Assembly (NCBI GenBank): GCA_013239625.1
Contig: MU056000.1
Coordinates: 8,924,970 to 8,988,969, forward strand
Length of the DNA: 64,000 nucleotides
Origin: Lama guanicoe
Lineage: Eukaryota
Reading direction: 5' to 3'
Part shown: positions 1-13,160 of the stretch, piece after piece
How positions within the stretch are numbered: the first letter of the stretch is position 1
Layout of the letters: every line of letters begins with the position of its first letter
Made by a program: the position numbers and the translations under genes
The notes under the pieces: model-generated
Told to the model about the DNA's origin: nothing
What the model saw: the letters and a program-made list of their open reading frames with translations, nothing else
The model's database searches: none

Positions 1-237
1 GGGAGGTTTGCCTGATGCAAAGGGAATCATTTGGAAACTCTAAAGCTTTCATCTCTTTCTCTTCTTACATATGTTAAGTTAGTAAGCATCCACCCAAAAT
101 ATTTCAGAGCAGGGTCATTGTCTACAGATTGATATTTTTATACAGACACCATTGTCTCTGGATTATTTTACAGAAGTGAAAGGGAAAATGGAGCTCACTA
201 GCTTCAGATGACCTGCAACTCAGTGATTTAGGCTTCT

Positions 238-435
238 CAGAGTTTCTCAACATTTTAGTTTGAATACTTCTTAGGTCTGGGGAGCTGATCTGTGCATTGT
301 ATGGGGTTTACAGCATCCCTGGACTCCACTCATTAGCAAGTTAGCATCTCCCCCAGATTATAATAATCAAGAAATGTCCCCAGCCACTGCCCAATGTCCC
401 TTGGGAGCAAGAACATCTCCAGTTGAGAATCACCA
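238..435 (-). mobile_element. MER20-like hAT-Charlie non-autonomous DNA transposon
   Basis: Follows the reverse MER20 consensus: cagagtttctcaac...tgtgcattgt...cagcatccctgg...aatgtccc...gttgagaatcac, with degenerate terminal inverted repeats. Confidence 0.85.
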
Positions 436-1327
436 AGACAACTGAAAGTCTGCATACATACATGTTAGCATAGAAGTGGCCTATTTTTTTCACAGTGTAG
501 CAGTATGCATACACATTTTCCAATGATGAGACCAAACATACATTGTTTAAAAAATGTTTTTCTCTTGTGTTGTTGCAATGCTGCATTCTAATTTGACCTT
601 CCCTTGGATACTTCTTTATCAAAATGTAATTATATTATAATTATGCCTTCTGTTGAGTCATTTAGAAAATATTAGGTGTTGATAAGATATATGTTTGGTA
701 ATAAAATAATTTGACTAAGAAAAAATGTAGCTCTAAGCGATGAAAGAAATTTGTAACCCAATTTTACCAAGTTGCATTGGCAAGAAGCTATTCAGCTTGC
801 ATAGTGGAGAAATTGAACACTTGATATATAGTGTGGCGAGAATAAACATCTGGCTTTTCAATATCATATCTTACAATGGACATTTGGAGCAGATGCCATT
901 CCAACTTCTGGTGAGGAAGTTAGAATGGCAGAACTACTTTCAAAAATGAAAGCTTAGATGAAGGTCTTTCTCTCATTCAGAATAGCTCATGTGAAATGAT
1001 AATCAGTTCAATTTGAAGTCACCATAGAAACTTGAAGAAGGTAAAATCATTTTCTGACTCTTCGCTGTCTTTTACAGAGAGGACAAAATTATCAAAGTCA
1101 GATTAATTAATTTTTTTCTCAATTTATCTTTATTTTAATTTGTTATTAAATTCTGCGTTCATTCTCACCACATTTATGACTCTGTTACACTTGAACTCAC
1201 CTATAATCTGAAGCTTATCTTGGATTTCCTCTTGCCAAGATAAAAATAAAATTGCCTCCATGTAGAAATTTGAGATTGTGACAAAAATAAGGAGAGTCCT
1301 GTAATGGAAACTGTAAGCTAGATTAAC

Positions 1328-1508
1328 CAGGGATTCTCAAAGTGTGGTTTCCCATCAGCAGCATCAGCTGCTAGATGTTTGTTGGAAATGAAAAGTCTTA
1401 GGCTCAACTCCAGACCTACTGAACATTGCTCTGGAGGTGAGGCCCAGCCATGTGTTTTATTAAGCCGACCAGAGGGTAGTGATGATTGTCAACGACTGAG
1501 AACCGGTG
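1328..1508 (+). mobile_element. MER5A-like hAT-Charlie MITE
   Basis: cagggattctcaaagtgtgg...cagcagcatcagc...cagacctactgaa...ggcccagc...tgagaaccggtg follows MER5A end to end. Confidence 0.88.
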
Positions 1509-2408
1509 CACCCATGCCTCGGTATCAGCACGCTGCCAGTGGAAAAGGGATTCAGAGTTTGCAAAATGATATTCTCTGCATCACCTCCTAGGGAGAATGG
1601 ATGGAGTCTGGTACTTAAGTCCCAAACCATACAGGATGCAATTTGATAAAATGCATTAAGATTCTTCTAATAACCTCTCAGCCTGGTAATTCCATATCCT
1701 TGCTCCCTTCTCTTCCCTCTCCTACTGGTGAATACCAAGTTGCACACAAGTAGGTCCAATCCTCAGAACATGAAATGCTACCTTATCAGAGTATTCATCT
1801 AGTACAGTCAGTCTTTTCCTAAAGGGGGGCCGGGTGCAAGAATTTCCTAGCAGCTTCTGGTTAGACTTTCCTCCAGATAGTTACACAGCCACGCCACATC
1901 AGCCAAATCAAATTGTTGGAAGGGTCTTCAGTAATATTCCAAAGTAGAGGTGGTGGTGAAAGAGGGCAGGAGACATGTACGATGGTAGGGTGCAAAGAGA
2001 GATTTTTAGGTAGACTTTGGTAGAAAAAGATTTAAGCCAGAGCTAGAGTCTGAGGCTGTTGAAAAAGTTTGTCCTTGCAAATTGACTTTTATATCACTTT
2101 CCTGACTACTGTTCAAGAACGACCTCATCTGTTACTAGGGACCAGTTTGCAGATCACCATCCCTAGAATGTCAGGAGGTGGTCAGGAGGTTTTGAGAAGG
2201 TAAAGAGTCTACCCAGTTTGAATAATGAAAGGAGAATGATGATCTAGGGACTAGATGCCCAGTGAAATTTGTTACCCCTAGAGAGAAGGCTGTGGTGTTT
2301 ATGACCCTTGTAGCTCTCTGTAGGAATTTGTATCATTACTATCTTTATCTGTATCAATATAGAGGGGTGTATGTTTCCCTGTGCTTATCACTGGTGATAA
2401 AATAGATG

Positions 2409-2452
2409 GTGTGTGTGTGTGTGTGTGTGGGCGTGCGTGCGTGCAAGTGTGT
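2409..2452. repeat. (TG)n/(GCGT)n microsatellite
   Basis: Directly visible alternating purine-pyrimidine run. Confidence 0.95.
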
Positions 2453-2610
2453 TTAGTGAACAGCATAGAAAAGGGGAATGGAGTCAAAATTGTATCCCTG
2501 GGATTTGTCTTGCAAAACTGGATGGTTAGCCATGCCATTCACAGGATAATATGACAATAATAGAGATCTGATCTAGTCATGTCAGTCTTGGACTTAGAAA
2601 TCGTGGACAG

Positions 2611-3143
2611 TGTCGTAGCCACAGAACCAACCCAAACTGGCCCCATCTTGCTATTAACAAGATAATGAGACATTGTGTTGTTTTCAGAGACAGCAGAGCA
2701 AAACCACAAGTCACGCAGTTGAAGCTTGCTCAGAGGAGCATATTTTCTCAAATAACACTGAGAACCAAAATTCTCCCCTTCATGAATCCAAAGGACTGGA
2801 ACATGACCAGACCCTGAATACCCAAACCCTCTCAGAAGGGAAAGGACCATTGTCCAGGGAGACCCAGTGCTGAAGCCCCTTTACGAGACCTGGCGATAAA
2901 GGACCAACTGCCCTACCCTCCAATCAAAACCTGTCCCATCAGTGCTTCCTATATCAACCCTCCTCCACTGACCCAGAAAAGCTTGTCTGAACCCCAGACC
3001 GGGGAGACAGAGCTGAGCTTTTTTGCCTCCTTTCTCCTTGCTCGGCCACCCTGCAATAAAGCCTCTTCTCTCTGCAAAAGAATTTTGCCTTGATGTCTGG
3101 TCTTTTCTTTGAGCAGCAGGCAAGAAGCCTTTGCTTGGTAACA
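2611..3143 (+). mobile_element. Solo ERV1-type LTR (~530 bp)
   Basis: TGT...GGTAACA termini, CCAAT at 2920, TATA-like tatatc at ~2950 and AATAAA at 3055-3060 followed by U5-like sequence. No internal region follows. Confidence 0.8.
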
Positions 3144-4160
3144 ATGTAAAATCAGGTGGTACTGATTATTAGAGCTCATATCTTTCTAAATTAGGGTGCA
3201 TGTGAAATTTTGGCTGAAATTTATCCACTGCATAAATAAGTTAAAAAAATCCTCAAATAGCCATTAAATTCTATATGAAAATGGGTAATTAATTTCAGCT
3301 TTATTATTTTTTCTTTTTTCTAATAGGATTTGTTCATATGAGTACAATTGTAGGGAAAAGTAGGTCAGTCATTTGACTTCTGAAGACCACTTTAGAGAAA
3401 GATGGACAGAATTTGGGTTCCACAACTTGTCACAGGACCAAGTTAACGATCAGTAGTGGTTTGAACTTCGTGCTGTGATCAATGCTATTTGGCTGTGTTC
3501 GTATCATTCTTGTCTGACTCTGTCTGAGCATTTAATATAGGAAAGTTTAGAGCCATATTAGGAGAAACTGTTTGGAAATATGAACACAAGAAGAATCCTC
3601 ATAAGTTTGGGTCATTGCATCTTTAAGGCCAGGCAGTCTTGTTTAATAATGCAGACACGCTAGACCTACACCACTGAAAATAGTCCCAGGACAATTGTAA
3701 ACTCAGTGACACTGCACAAGCAGCTATGTCCATGATTTAGGAAGCCAACTGTATATGAAATAACTATGTATATAAATTGTTATTAGAGACTTTTTAATGG
3801 GAAATATATTTCTAGAATTTGTTGCACATATACATTCTTAATAACAATATTTTTGTTATTTTTTTCACTTATATTCATTAAAAGGAGAAAATATTTTCCC
3901 CTGCATCTAATGAAGTCTTCCAAATTATAAGATTATATTTTCAATATTAGGATATAAAATAGGGATGGAATTTTCACATTTAAGGTTTTTCATAATGGAA
4001 TCAAGGGCCAATAATCAACTGAAGAGCAAAAATATAAAATATATTATTTATATTGAACTTCCATGAAATATTTTAAATATTTTGAATTGTAGAAATGTGA
4101 ATTTTTATATTGATTATTGATGTACCATTCATGTGGGAAAATTATGGATGCTATAGTTCA

Positions 4161-4534
4161 CTTTTTTTTTTAGTTTACTTATTTATTTATTTATTTTATT
4201 GATTTATAGTTATTTTATAATGTTGTGTCAAATTCCAGTGTAGAGCACAATTTTTCAGTTATACATGAACATATATATATTCATTGTCACATTTTTTTCT
4301 CTGTGAGCTACCATAAGATTGTGTGTATATTTCCCTGTGCTATACAGTATAATCTTGTTTTATCTATTCTACAATTTTAAAATCCTGTGTATCCCTTCCC
4401 ATCCTCCACCCCCTTGGCAACCACAAATTTGTATTCTATGTCTATAAGTCTGTTTCTGTTTTGTATTTATGCTTTGTTTTTTTGTTTTTGTTTTTTAGAT
4501 TCCACATATGAGTGATCTCATATGGTATTTTTCT
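4161..4534 (-). mobile_element. 5'-truncated lineage-specific (camelid-type) L1 3' end
   Basis: A T-rich tail at 4161-4200 is followed by the antisense L1 3'UTR (tatatttccctgtgctatacagta; ccccttggcaaccaca; ttttagattccacatatgagtga). Confidence 0.85.
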
Positions 4535-4739
4535 AAAGTGTGTGAAAAGAAAATTATGTAAGTGGCTTTAAAATTGGTATAACAAAAGATACACAGAGGA
4601 GTATTATTTAATCCAATGAGGAAGCAAGGCTCTGTGTCTTCCAATACGTTGTATTGCTTCAGCCATTTCATGTCCACAATTACAACAGCAATTGTTCTCA
4701 GAGTCAGCAGTAAAACTTCATTTTTCTTATTATATTCAA

Positions 4740-5300
4740 CATTTTCAATTTATTAAAATAGTAGATCCTAATTTTAGAAAATCTAGACCATCTAGCAAAG
4801 CATAAGGAAATATTAAAAACTAGCTGGAAAATAGTTTGGTAGATGGAGATTATTTATTATAGCTGTCAACATATTTGTATATTTCCTACCAATATATTTT
4901 GCTAACTACTTTGATTAATATGACATATATAATGTTACATATATGTGTGTATGTGTGTATACATGTATATTTGTGTGTGTGTATATATAATCATACATAT
5001 ATAAAATTTGGATCATAGTATATATATATCCTGCTCATATTAATATTTATATGCCTTTTTTTAATGACTCCATAATCCAGTGTGAGTCCATTTACAATTA
5101 GACTTACAGGTTGATTCTAAGATTTTTCTAGTGTAAAAATTGACGTGCATATTTTTAAACACTCCTTTTTGTACATGTTTCTTCTTGTTTCCTTAAGATA
5201 TTTGCTACGAGGGAAATTTAGGAACCAAGTAGCACGATCTTTTTACAGGTCTCCTAAAATATACTGCCACATTGCATTTTGAAGCTTGCAGTAAACTCTG
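4740..5300 (-). mobile_element. Ancient L1M (L1MC/L1ME-like) 3' fragment
   Basis: Degenerate antisense L1M motifs (tttccttaagata...atactgccacattgc) and a TA/TG-rich patch. Confidence 0.5.
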
Positions 5301-5844
5301 CTGAGTCATAACCCCAAATCTGTTCTCAACTATCTCACATCAAACAAGGATATAATGGTTAAAGACATAACAATAATCAAATGGCCATAAAGGAAAAAAT
5401 CTAGGTGAAATATAGCTTGCCAACTGACAATGTGACCAACTGAGATAGCTCTAACGAAAGTCATCTTCAGATGCACCATGTGAGAAGAATAAACCCTTAC
5501 TGCTTTTAAGCCTCTTTTTCTTCCCTTTTGCCTTTTTATTTTTTGTGCAACTGACATTATCGGTAACTAATACAAAGTAGAGGCAAAATGCTTTTCATTA
5601 TTTCATGTGAAAGAGTAAACCTTATTTGGCATTGTCTAGTGAATAGTACCAGCTTTCATGTTAGAGTAAACAGGATGGCTCAGAAGGTAAGTATAATTTT
5701 TCAATGGAAAGATAAATGTTCTCCATTTAATTTTTTTTTGAAATAGAGGTTCCAGAAGTGTTTTGGAGATTAGGTATGCAGACTCCTAAAGCTAGTTGCT
5801 ATTTAGATAACCTTTTTCAAATGGGATTTTACATTCCAGTGATG

Positions 5845-5945
5845 TACTGAGTGAGAGAGATGGAGAAAGATAGATGTAGAAATAGAGAGAGAGAGACTGA
5901 AAAAGTGAAATAGACAGAGACAGAAATAGAGACAAAGAGACTAAA
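5845..5945. repeat. GA-rich low-complexity repeat
   Basis: gagagaga/gaaataga/gacaga units are directly visible. Confidence 0.8.
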
Positions 5946-6714
5946 ATTAGAGGGTCTTGTTTTCAGTGATTTGGAAAATGTTTTTGAAAAACAGTGTCGA
6001 ATTTTCTTATTTCATATCACATGCTGATCTTTGTAAACAATTTAAAAATCGTATTTCTCGTCTTATGGAAGGAAAATCCTTTCACTTCAACATATGTTAA
6101 CATAGTAATTCCTTGACTCCAACAATGATTTCAAATTTAAAAGAAGGGGAAATTTTCTGTTCTTGCTGCTGTCGAAATGTGCTCCACTAGAAATAATTTC
6201 TTGTCCTAAATTCTAGCTATCATAAGACACTGATACTGTTCACCGGGAGAATGCAAAGAACCACGTAACAGAGGGACAAAGCAGATGAGCTGAAATAAAA
6301 ATTAACCATTCACAAATGTGTTCATCAGCACTTTTCTGTATTTGGATAGAAAACATTGATAGTGCCAAATATTCAATAATGTGAATATTCTTTCTCTGAG
6401 CAATAGTGACTTCCATATATTTTAGTTTTATTAATGGCACTAATCCATTTGAATTTCCATCATCAAATTCTTACACTCTCAATCTGGGATCTAGTCCAAA
6501 TTCCATATGGATTTACAGTCTTAAATCTCCTCTTAGGTGCTTTGTGTACATCTATAAAACGTAACAAGGTGTAACTGGGTTTAGGTCTCTATTGGTCTAG
6601 ATGCTTCTTAAGTCCTGAATTCTGCTATCCTCACTGCAGGGCTTCTTCGGAAGCCAATACACGTTCCGAAATCACTTCTTTCTTCTGCTGAGTCCATTCA
6701 TTTCCTATTTCTGA

Positions 6715-6835
6715 GTTTCACTCTCTTTCCCCAAAATGTCTTAGCATCATGAAAACAATAGGTATGTCAGTTATATTCATCATTTTGTCTCCTGGGCCAG
6801 GTATAAAGGGGTCATTCAATAAATATTTTCTGACT
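6715..6835 (+). mobile_element. L2 3' end fragment
   Basis: Ends in the L2-like tail cattcaataaatatttt. Confidence 0.5.
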
Positions 6836-6999
6836 CTACTTCAGTGTTTATTAATTTAGAAATTGACAAACACTTGGTGAGAATTTCAAGAGCTGTATAA
6901 ATGGTTTAATAGTGATCGATAGTTCTATCTTAAATTATACTTAATTTCACTTCCTAGAGTTAAATAACATCACAATTATTTACTGTATCTTTGGAGCTA

Positions 7000-7420
7000 T
7001 TTCACGCAGATGTATTTTTGTTTGTATGAGGATGACATATACGTGCTTTGTGTAAGTAAAGCCATACGATGTTCATCTAACAATGTATAATCCACTTTAA
7101 CTTTTAAAGGACTTTATAAGTACCCTGTTGTATGGATGACCTATATTTTCTTTAAGTAAGTACCTTATTCACGTATATGTGAGTAGTTTCCAGCTGTTAC
7201 TACTATATGTGACTTTGTAGTGGACAGTCTTAAATGTGCATTTTGCTTAACTTAAGAAAATAACTATGAAAGTCAGTGAGAAAGCACATTTTGAATTTCC
7301 ATGTGTTACTTAGTTCAGCCTCATTCTAGAAAGATTGTAATACTTGACTTTTTCATTGCAGTGCCTGAAAGTGTTATTTTCCCAATATCTTTTCTAACAT
7401 GATCTTTATTTCACTCAGTA
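7000..7420 (-). mobile_element. Ancient L1ME-like fragment
   Basis: Antisense L1M motifs: tgtatggatg...tagtttccag...ctagaaagattgtaata...gcagtg...tttcccaatatct. Confidence 0.55.
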
Positions 7421-7449
7421 ATCTTTGTATTTTATTAACCACATATAAG

Positions 7450-8545
7450 AACAAATTCTTGATCACTACTCTCCAAAACCTGCCCCTCAGTCATTCCTGT
7501 CTCAGTTAATGGCAACTTAAATTGCACTAGGGTTCTCCAGAGACAGGGTTTCTATGTTGCAGTCTTGAGGAAAAATTTCTTCAGTCTTTGCTCTTCAGGA
7601 TTTCAACTGATTAGATGAGGCCCACCTACATTGTGGAGGGTAATCTGTTTACATAAATCCTACTGAATTAAATGTTAATCCCATCTAAAATATACCTCAC
7701 AGTAACATCCACTCTGGTGCTTTACCAAACAATTGGACTTCGTGGCCTGGCCCAGTTGTCACATAAGATTAACCATCACAGCAGTCTACCCATTGCTCAG
7801 GCCCCAAATCTTGAAGTCATCCTTGACTAGTCTCTCTCATGTGACGTAACTACTACATAACTAAGCTCCATAAGTTTTACTGTCAAAACATGTCTGCTTC
7901 ACTCCACATTCATTGTCGTCCAAGTAAGCTTTTGCTTAGTTTACTACAGGGGGCCTCCTAATCACTCTTTTACTTCCCACACTTGCCTCTCCCACTCCCC
8001 ACCCTCCTCCAGCATATGTATATTCTCCATAAAACAATCAGAATAACCTTTATTGAGGTCACTCCCTTGCTCAAAACAGCCCAATAGCTTCTCATCTCAA
8101 GACAAGTAAAACGGAAGCTCCTCATTGCTCACAAGGCTCCAGAGTGTCCACCTCTGCTTCATTTCCCATCACTCCAGGCACCGTAGCCCCCTTGCTGTCC
8201 TTTGAACAAGCCAAACATGGTCCTACCTTGGGCCTTTTCCTTTCTGTTCCACCTGCTTAGAACTCCCTTCCCCCAGATACCTGCCTTGCATCGTTCCTCA
8301 CTGTCTTTCCATTTCTGCCCCCAAATCATTATCACAGAGAAAGTCTCTATGCCTATTACTCTGCTTTATTTTCCTTCTTGCAATGATCACATTTGATGTG
8401 AAGTGTGTGCATTGTGAACTTGCCAACTCATTGTCTATTAATTCCTCTTTGCACAGTCTAATGTTAGTGCCATGAAATTTGAGACAAGGCCAATGTGGTG
8501 TCTCCAAGCAATTAGAATTGATTTTGGCACATAGAGCCTCCACTC
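7450..8545 (+). mobile_element. L2a-like element, interrupted by an MLT2 LTR
   Basis: ctcagttaatggcaac | ttgctcaggccccaaatcttgaagtcatccttgact...gtcactcccttgctcaaaa...tggcacatag. The L2 sequence resumes after the LTR. Confidence 0.8.
7523..7780 (-). mobile_element. MLT2-type ERVL LTR (internally deleted), nested in L2
   Basis: agggttctccagaga...ttcaactgattagatgaggcccac...aatgttaatc...cataagattaaccatcaca are diagnostic MLT2 motifs. Confidence 0.85.
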
Positions 8546-8619
8546 TAAAAATTCATAGATTCATTACTTGATTTGCAATATTTCTTTAATTTAAGTGCCC
8601 TTTTTTGAATTATTGAATG

Positions 8620-8820
8620 AATACTAATATGTACTAGACTCATGCTGTATTAATTATTCATAGTATTTTTATTTCATGCTTTTAAATTGTTTGTTATGTA
8701 TCTTTTATATCTTTTTTATAAATAAGAAAACAGAATCAAAGAGTTTAACTATTTGACTGTTACAGAGCTGAAAATACATAGAACTACAATTAAGAACTAG
8801 GTTTTTGACTCAAAAGGCTA
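8620..8820 (-). mobile_element. MIR
   Basis: ttttataaataagaaaacagaatcaaagagtttaact...gaactaggtttttgactc matches the antisense MIR core. Confidence 0.6.
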
Positions 8821-8939
8821 TCATGTAAAAAATGATTCTATGTTTAAAAAATAATGTTTCATTTATATGCACTTATCCAAAGGTATCAGGGGAAAAAATC
8901 ACACTCACAAATTCATAAAACTTCAGAAGTGTTCACTTC

Positions 8940-11900
8940 AAAACAGTGTATAAAATACATAAAATTATCTGGACTATATACTCAGAATAATAAAACCAGC
9001 TTTCATAAGAGGACTCTCAAAGGTAGAAAGAAGAAAGTGAACTCAGTAGGAACCTCATGGCTTGAAGACTGATGCTGTGATGAATTCCTTGTGCTTGACT
9101 GGTATCCTCTATGTAACTCAGACTGGGTTCCAGAAAGCTCTGTAAACTGGAACTGCCAATAGTCATCTACATACAAAAAAGTAAAGAGAATTTCTCTCTT
9201 TGGCCAAAGGACTGTTAAAGAAGAATCCTGGTAAGGTTTAGTGGGGTTGTCCACACCCAGTGGCAGTGGTGGCCCTGTCTGCCCAGTGCATCTTTGCCAG
9301 CAAGGCCCAGGCAGAACAGCTTACCTTTTGTGTCACACCCAGTGGTAATAGGATGGTCCTTCTCCCTGCAATGGTGATGTCAGTGGAGACAGTGAGGGCT
9401 GCCAGAATGTACCTTCTAAACCTAAATAGATTGGCAGCCTGTTAAACAGAAGATTTAGATATGATTAAGGATGCCCTAATATAATAGCCAATATGTCCAG
9501 GAATATATTCAATTATCACTCATCCCACACATCAGGAAAATCTCACCTGAAAGGAGAAAAAAGCAGCTTATTCAGTACTGAGATGAAATACATATCAGAA
9601 TTATTCAGCAAGCATTTCAAAGTAGCTATTGTAAATAATTATAAATTCCACTATGGGAAATTCAAAATAGACATAGAAATTATATAAAAAAGAACCAAAT
9701 GAAGCTGATGGAAGACAGAGTGATGAAATTGTGGAAAGATAAGTAGAATTTACTCAACCTGAACAACACAGGGAAAATAAGAATAAAACTAAAATGAACA
9801 AAGCCTCAGGGACATGTGGGATGTTAACAAAAGATCTAACATTTATATCGCTAGAATCCCAGAAGGAGAGGAGAAAGAATGTGGGAATGAGAAAGTATAT
9901 GAGGAAATAACAGAGAAAAATTTTTATAATTTTGCCCAAAGACATTGTCCTAAAGGTTCAAGAACCTAGGCAAACCACAAATTGGATAAACTCAAATAAA
10001 TCCCTTCTGAAACGCAACATAATTAAACTTCTATAAACTAAAGACAAAGAAAAAATCTGAGAAGCTACTGAAATGACATGACACCTTATCTATAAGGGGA
10101 TGATGATTCAAATGACAATAGTTTTCTGACATCATGAAGACCAGAGGAAATAGTACAGTATTTTTCAAGTGCTGAAAAAAAAAACAACTTTTGATCATAA
10201 AAAAATTCTATATCTAGCAAAACTATTCACTAGAAATTAATGGGAAAAAGACATTATCAGATAAAGAAAAATCCAAAGAATTTGTCACTAGTAGATACTC
10301 TCTTAAACATTGTCTGGAGGAAATTCTACAAACACAAAGAAAATGATAATGGAAGAAAAATTGGAATTTCACAAGGAAAGGAACAAGAGAATACATAAAA
10401 TTAGAGACAAATATAATAGGTTTTACTTCACATGAATTTCTTAAATCATATTAGATGGTTGAAGCAAAAAGTTAAAAAGCTATTGTGGTTATAAATGCAT
10501 ATAGAAACAATGCTTAAACAATTACTGGTAAAAACTGTAGAAATTGAAAGGAGCACATAAAGTTTCAATGCTTCACCTGCAGTGGTGAAATGTTGCCATC
10601 AGTAGACTGTGCCAAGTTACTTTTTTGTACTACTGCCAGTAAATACAAAGAAAATTACACAAAATGATATACTCAAAAACAGTATAAATAGAGTAAAATA
10701 GAATCTTAAAAAATGTTCCAGTAATCCATAGGAAGGCAAAAAGGGAAATAAACAAAATAAATTATAAAGTGAAAGACTTAACTCTGTAACATGTCAATGA
10801 CTACTTTAAATGTAAATGTTGTAAATATATCAATTAAAAGAAAGAGACTGGGAGAGTGGATGTTGAAACTTGACTCAACTGTGTACTATCTATAACAAAC
10901 TCACTTCAAACACAATGATATGGGTAAGCTAAAAGTAAAATGACAGACAAGGATATTTTAGGTTAGAATTAATTAAAAGTGAACAAGACAGAAAAGTTGT
11001 ATGAATGTCAGATAAAGATGACTTCAAAGAAAATAGCTCAGACAAATGGAAATTACATATTGATAAAAAGTTCAATCTTCCAAGAAGATACAGTGATCTA
11101 AATCTGTAGGCACAAAACAACACAGCTTAAAAATGTAGGTGAAAACCAATATTAGTGAAAGTAGCAATGGAAAAATTCACATTCATTGTGGGGGCTATTG
11201 TCATCCTTCTCTTAGCAACTAATTTAACTATTGGACAAAAAATCAGCAAAGATGGATAAGATCTGACTAGTGCAACAGAAAAGACCTGTGAAGAGTACCT
11301 AGGAGATGTGTATGGGCCACTTCACCCCAAACTACAGAATATATGTACCTGTCATGCACACATGACAAAGCTACCGTGATAAGACCATAACCTGGGTCAT
11401 ACACACATAACAAAACAAACAAACAAAAAACTCCCCAAAACCCTACAGCTAACATCATATTTAATGGGAAAAGATGGAATACTTGTCAGAAACAAGGCAA
11501 TGATGTCCCTTCTCACTATTCCTTTTTTACATAGTACTGGAATTCCTAACTAGTGGAATAAGAGAAAAAAAAATTGTTTAAGGTCAGGTTGGAAATAATG
11601 TAACCAGACTGCACCATTTTACTGATTACATGACTGTCCATATGGGAAGTTCCCAAAAATCTGCCTCTTGAACTCATAATTGAGTTCAATATGGTCACAC
11701 AATACAGGATCAGTAGACAAAAGTTAATCACATTCTGTATGTTAACATTAACCTTGTAGAGATGAAACTTAAAAATACATAATGCCATTTACATTTGCTT
11801 CAAATAAAATGAACCATGTAGGTATAAATGCATTGAATAACTTTATGCTGCATATTATATTATACTGATCTAATAAATCAAAGAACATATAAGTGGAAAG

Positions 11901-13160
11901 CTATACCATTTTCTTGGGTTGGAGGACTCAGCATGAGAAAGATGTCAATTGTCTCCAAATTGATCCATAGGTTTAAGGCAATCCTTTATCAAAATTCCAG
12001 CAAGGTCTTTGTAGATCTACTCATGGTTATTCTAAAATTTATGTCAAAAGGCACAAGCCCTAAAATAACTAAATCATCTTAATAATTAAGTGAGGACTCA
12101 GTCTACCCATTATGAAGGCCTATTATCCATTATACTAATCAAGACAGTGTAGTGCTGGCCAAGGGTTAGACCTATAAATCAACAGGAAAAAACAGAAATC
12201 TTACAAATACACTCACATAAAATATGCCAAGCTGAATTTTGACAAAGATGAAAAAGCAATCTGATGGGAAAAAAGATAGGGTTTTAGCAAATGGTGCTGG
12301 AGCAATTGAATAGCTACAGGTAAAAACAAAACAAAACAAAACAAAAACAGTGAAACTTGAGACTTCACATCTGACACAAAAATGAATTCAAAACAAATTA
12401 CAGATGTAAAAACAAAATATAAAACTGTAAAATTTTTATATTAAAAAAAACACAAGAAAAGTCTGCAGAATCCAGGTCTAGGCAAAGATTCCTTAGATTT
12501 GACAACAAAAGCGTGTTCCATGAAGGGAAACTTGACATACCGGATTTCATCAAAACTGGAAGTGTTGGCTTTGTGAAGAGGATGAAAATATGAACTATAG
12601 ACTTGGAGAAAATATTTGTAAAATGCTCATGTGGCAGAAGATGAATATCTAGCATCTATAAAGAATAGTCTAAACTTAAGAGTAAAAAGGAAACAATCCA
12701 ATAAGAAAATGTCAAATGACATAAACAAACATTTCTCTGAAGAGAATGTAGAGACAGCCACATGGTCAGCAACGCAGCTGCTAGAGAACTGAAAATAAAC
12801 CTACAGCAATATAGCACCACACATTTATTAAGAGTGACCAAAATTTTAAAAACATGTTAAGAACACCAAAAGTAGTGAAGATGCAGAGAAACTTCACAGA
12901 GTGCTGATGGGAAAAAAAAATCTAAATCCAAAATTTTACATCCCATATGGATCCAATTATGTAAAAAATTATATGTGTATCAGATTCACGGCTGCCAGGG
13001 ACTAAGGAGAGGGTGAGAGGAGAGGGAATGAGTGGTCACGGAAGGGCAATATGAGTGATGCTCTTGAACTTATGCTTCTGCATGGGAATGTGCATGTTAA
13101 CAATGCATAGTACTGATTTGTGTTCTTTTCAACTTTATGTAAATAAAAACATACTATAAA
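8940..13160 (+). mobile_element. Old L1 (L1MC/L1MD-like) with 5' region, decayed ORF1, ORF2 (EN, RT, C-terminus) and 3'UTR; internally deleted and non-coding
   Basis: ORF1-like sequence at ~9700-10350. EN start at ~10790 (actttaaatgtaaat = TLNVN). IDHILGH-like at ~11375-11400. RT-like KPTANIIxNGE/QGCPLS/FADDM remnants at 11440-11640. L1MC/MD-type 3'UTR at 12980-13150. Many stops and frameshifts. Confidence 0.88.

Noticed and set aside
5684..5692. Consensus splice donor aag|gtaagt
   Set aside because: It is isolated, with no convincing upstream acceptor or ORF, and is expected by chance at this window size.
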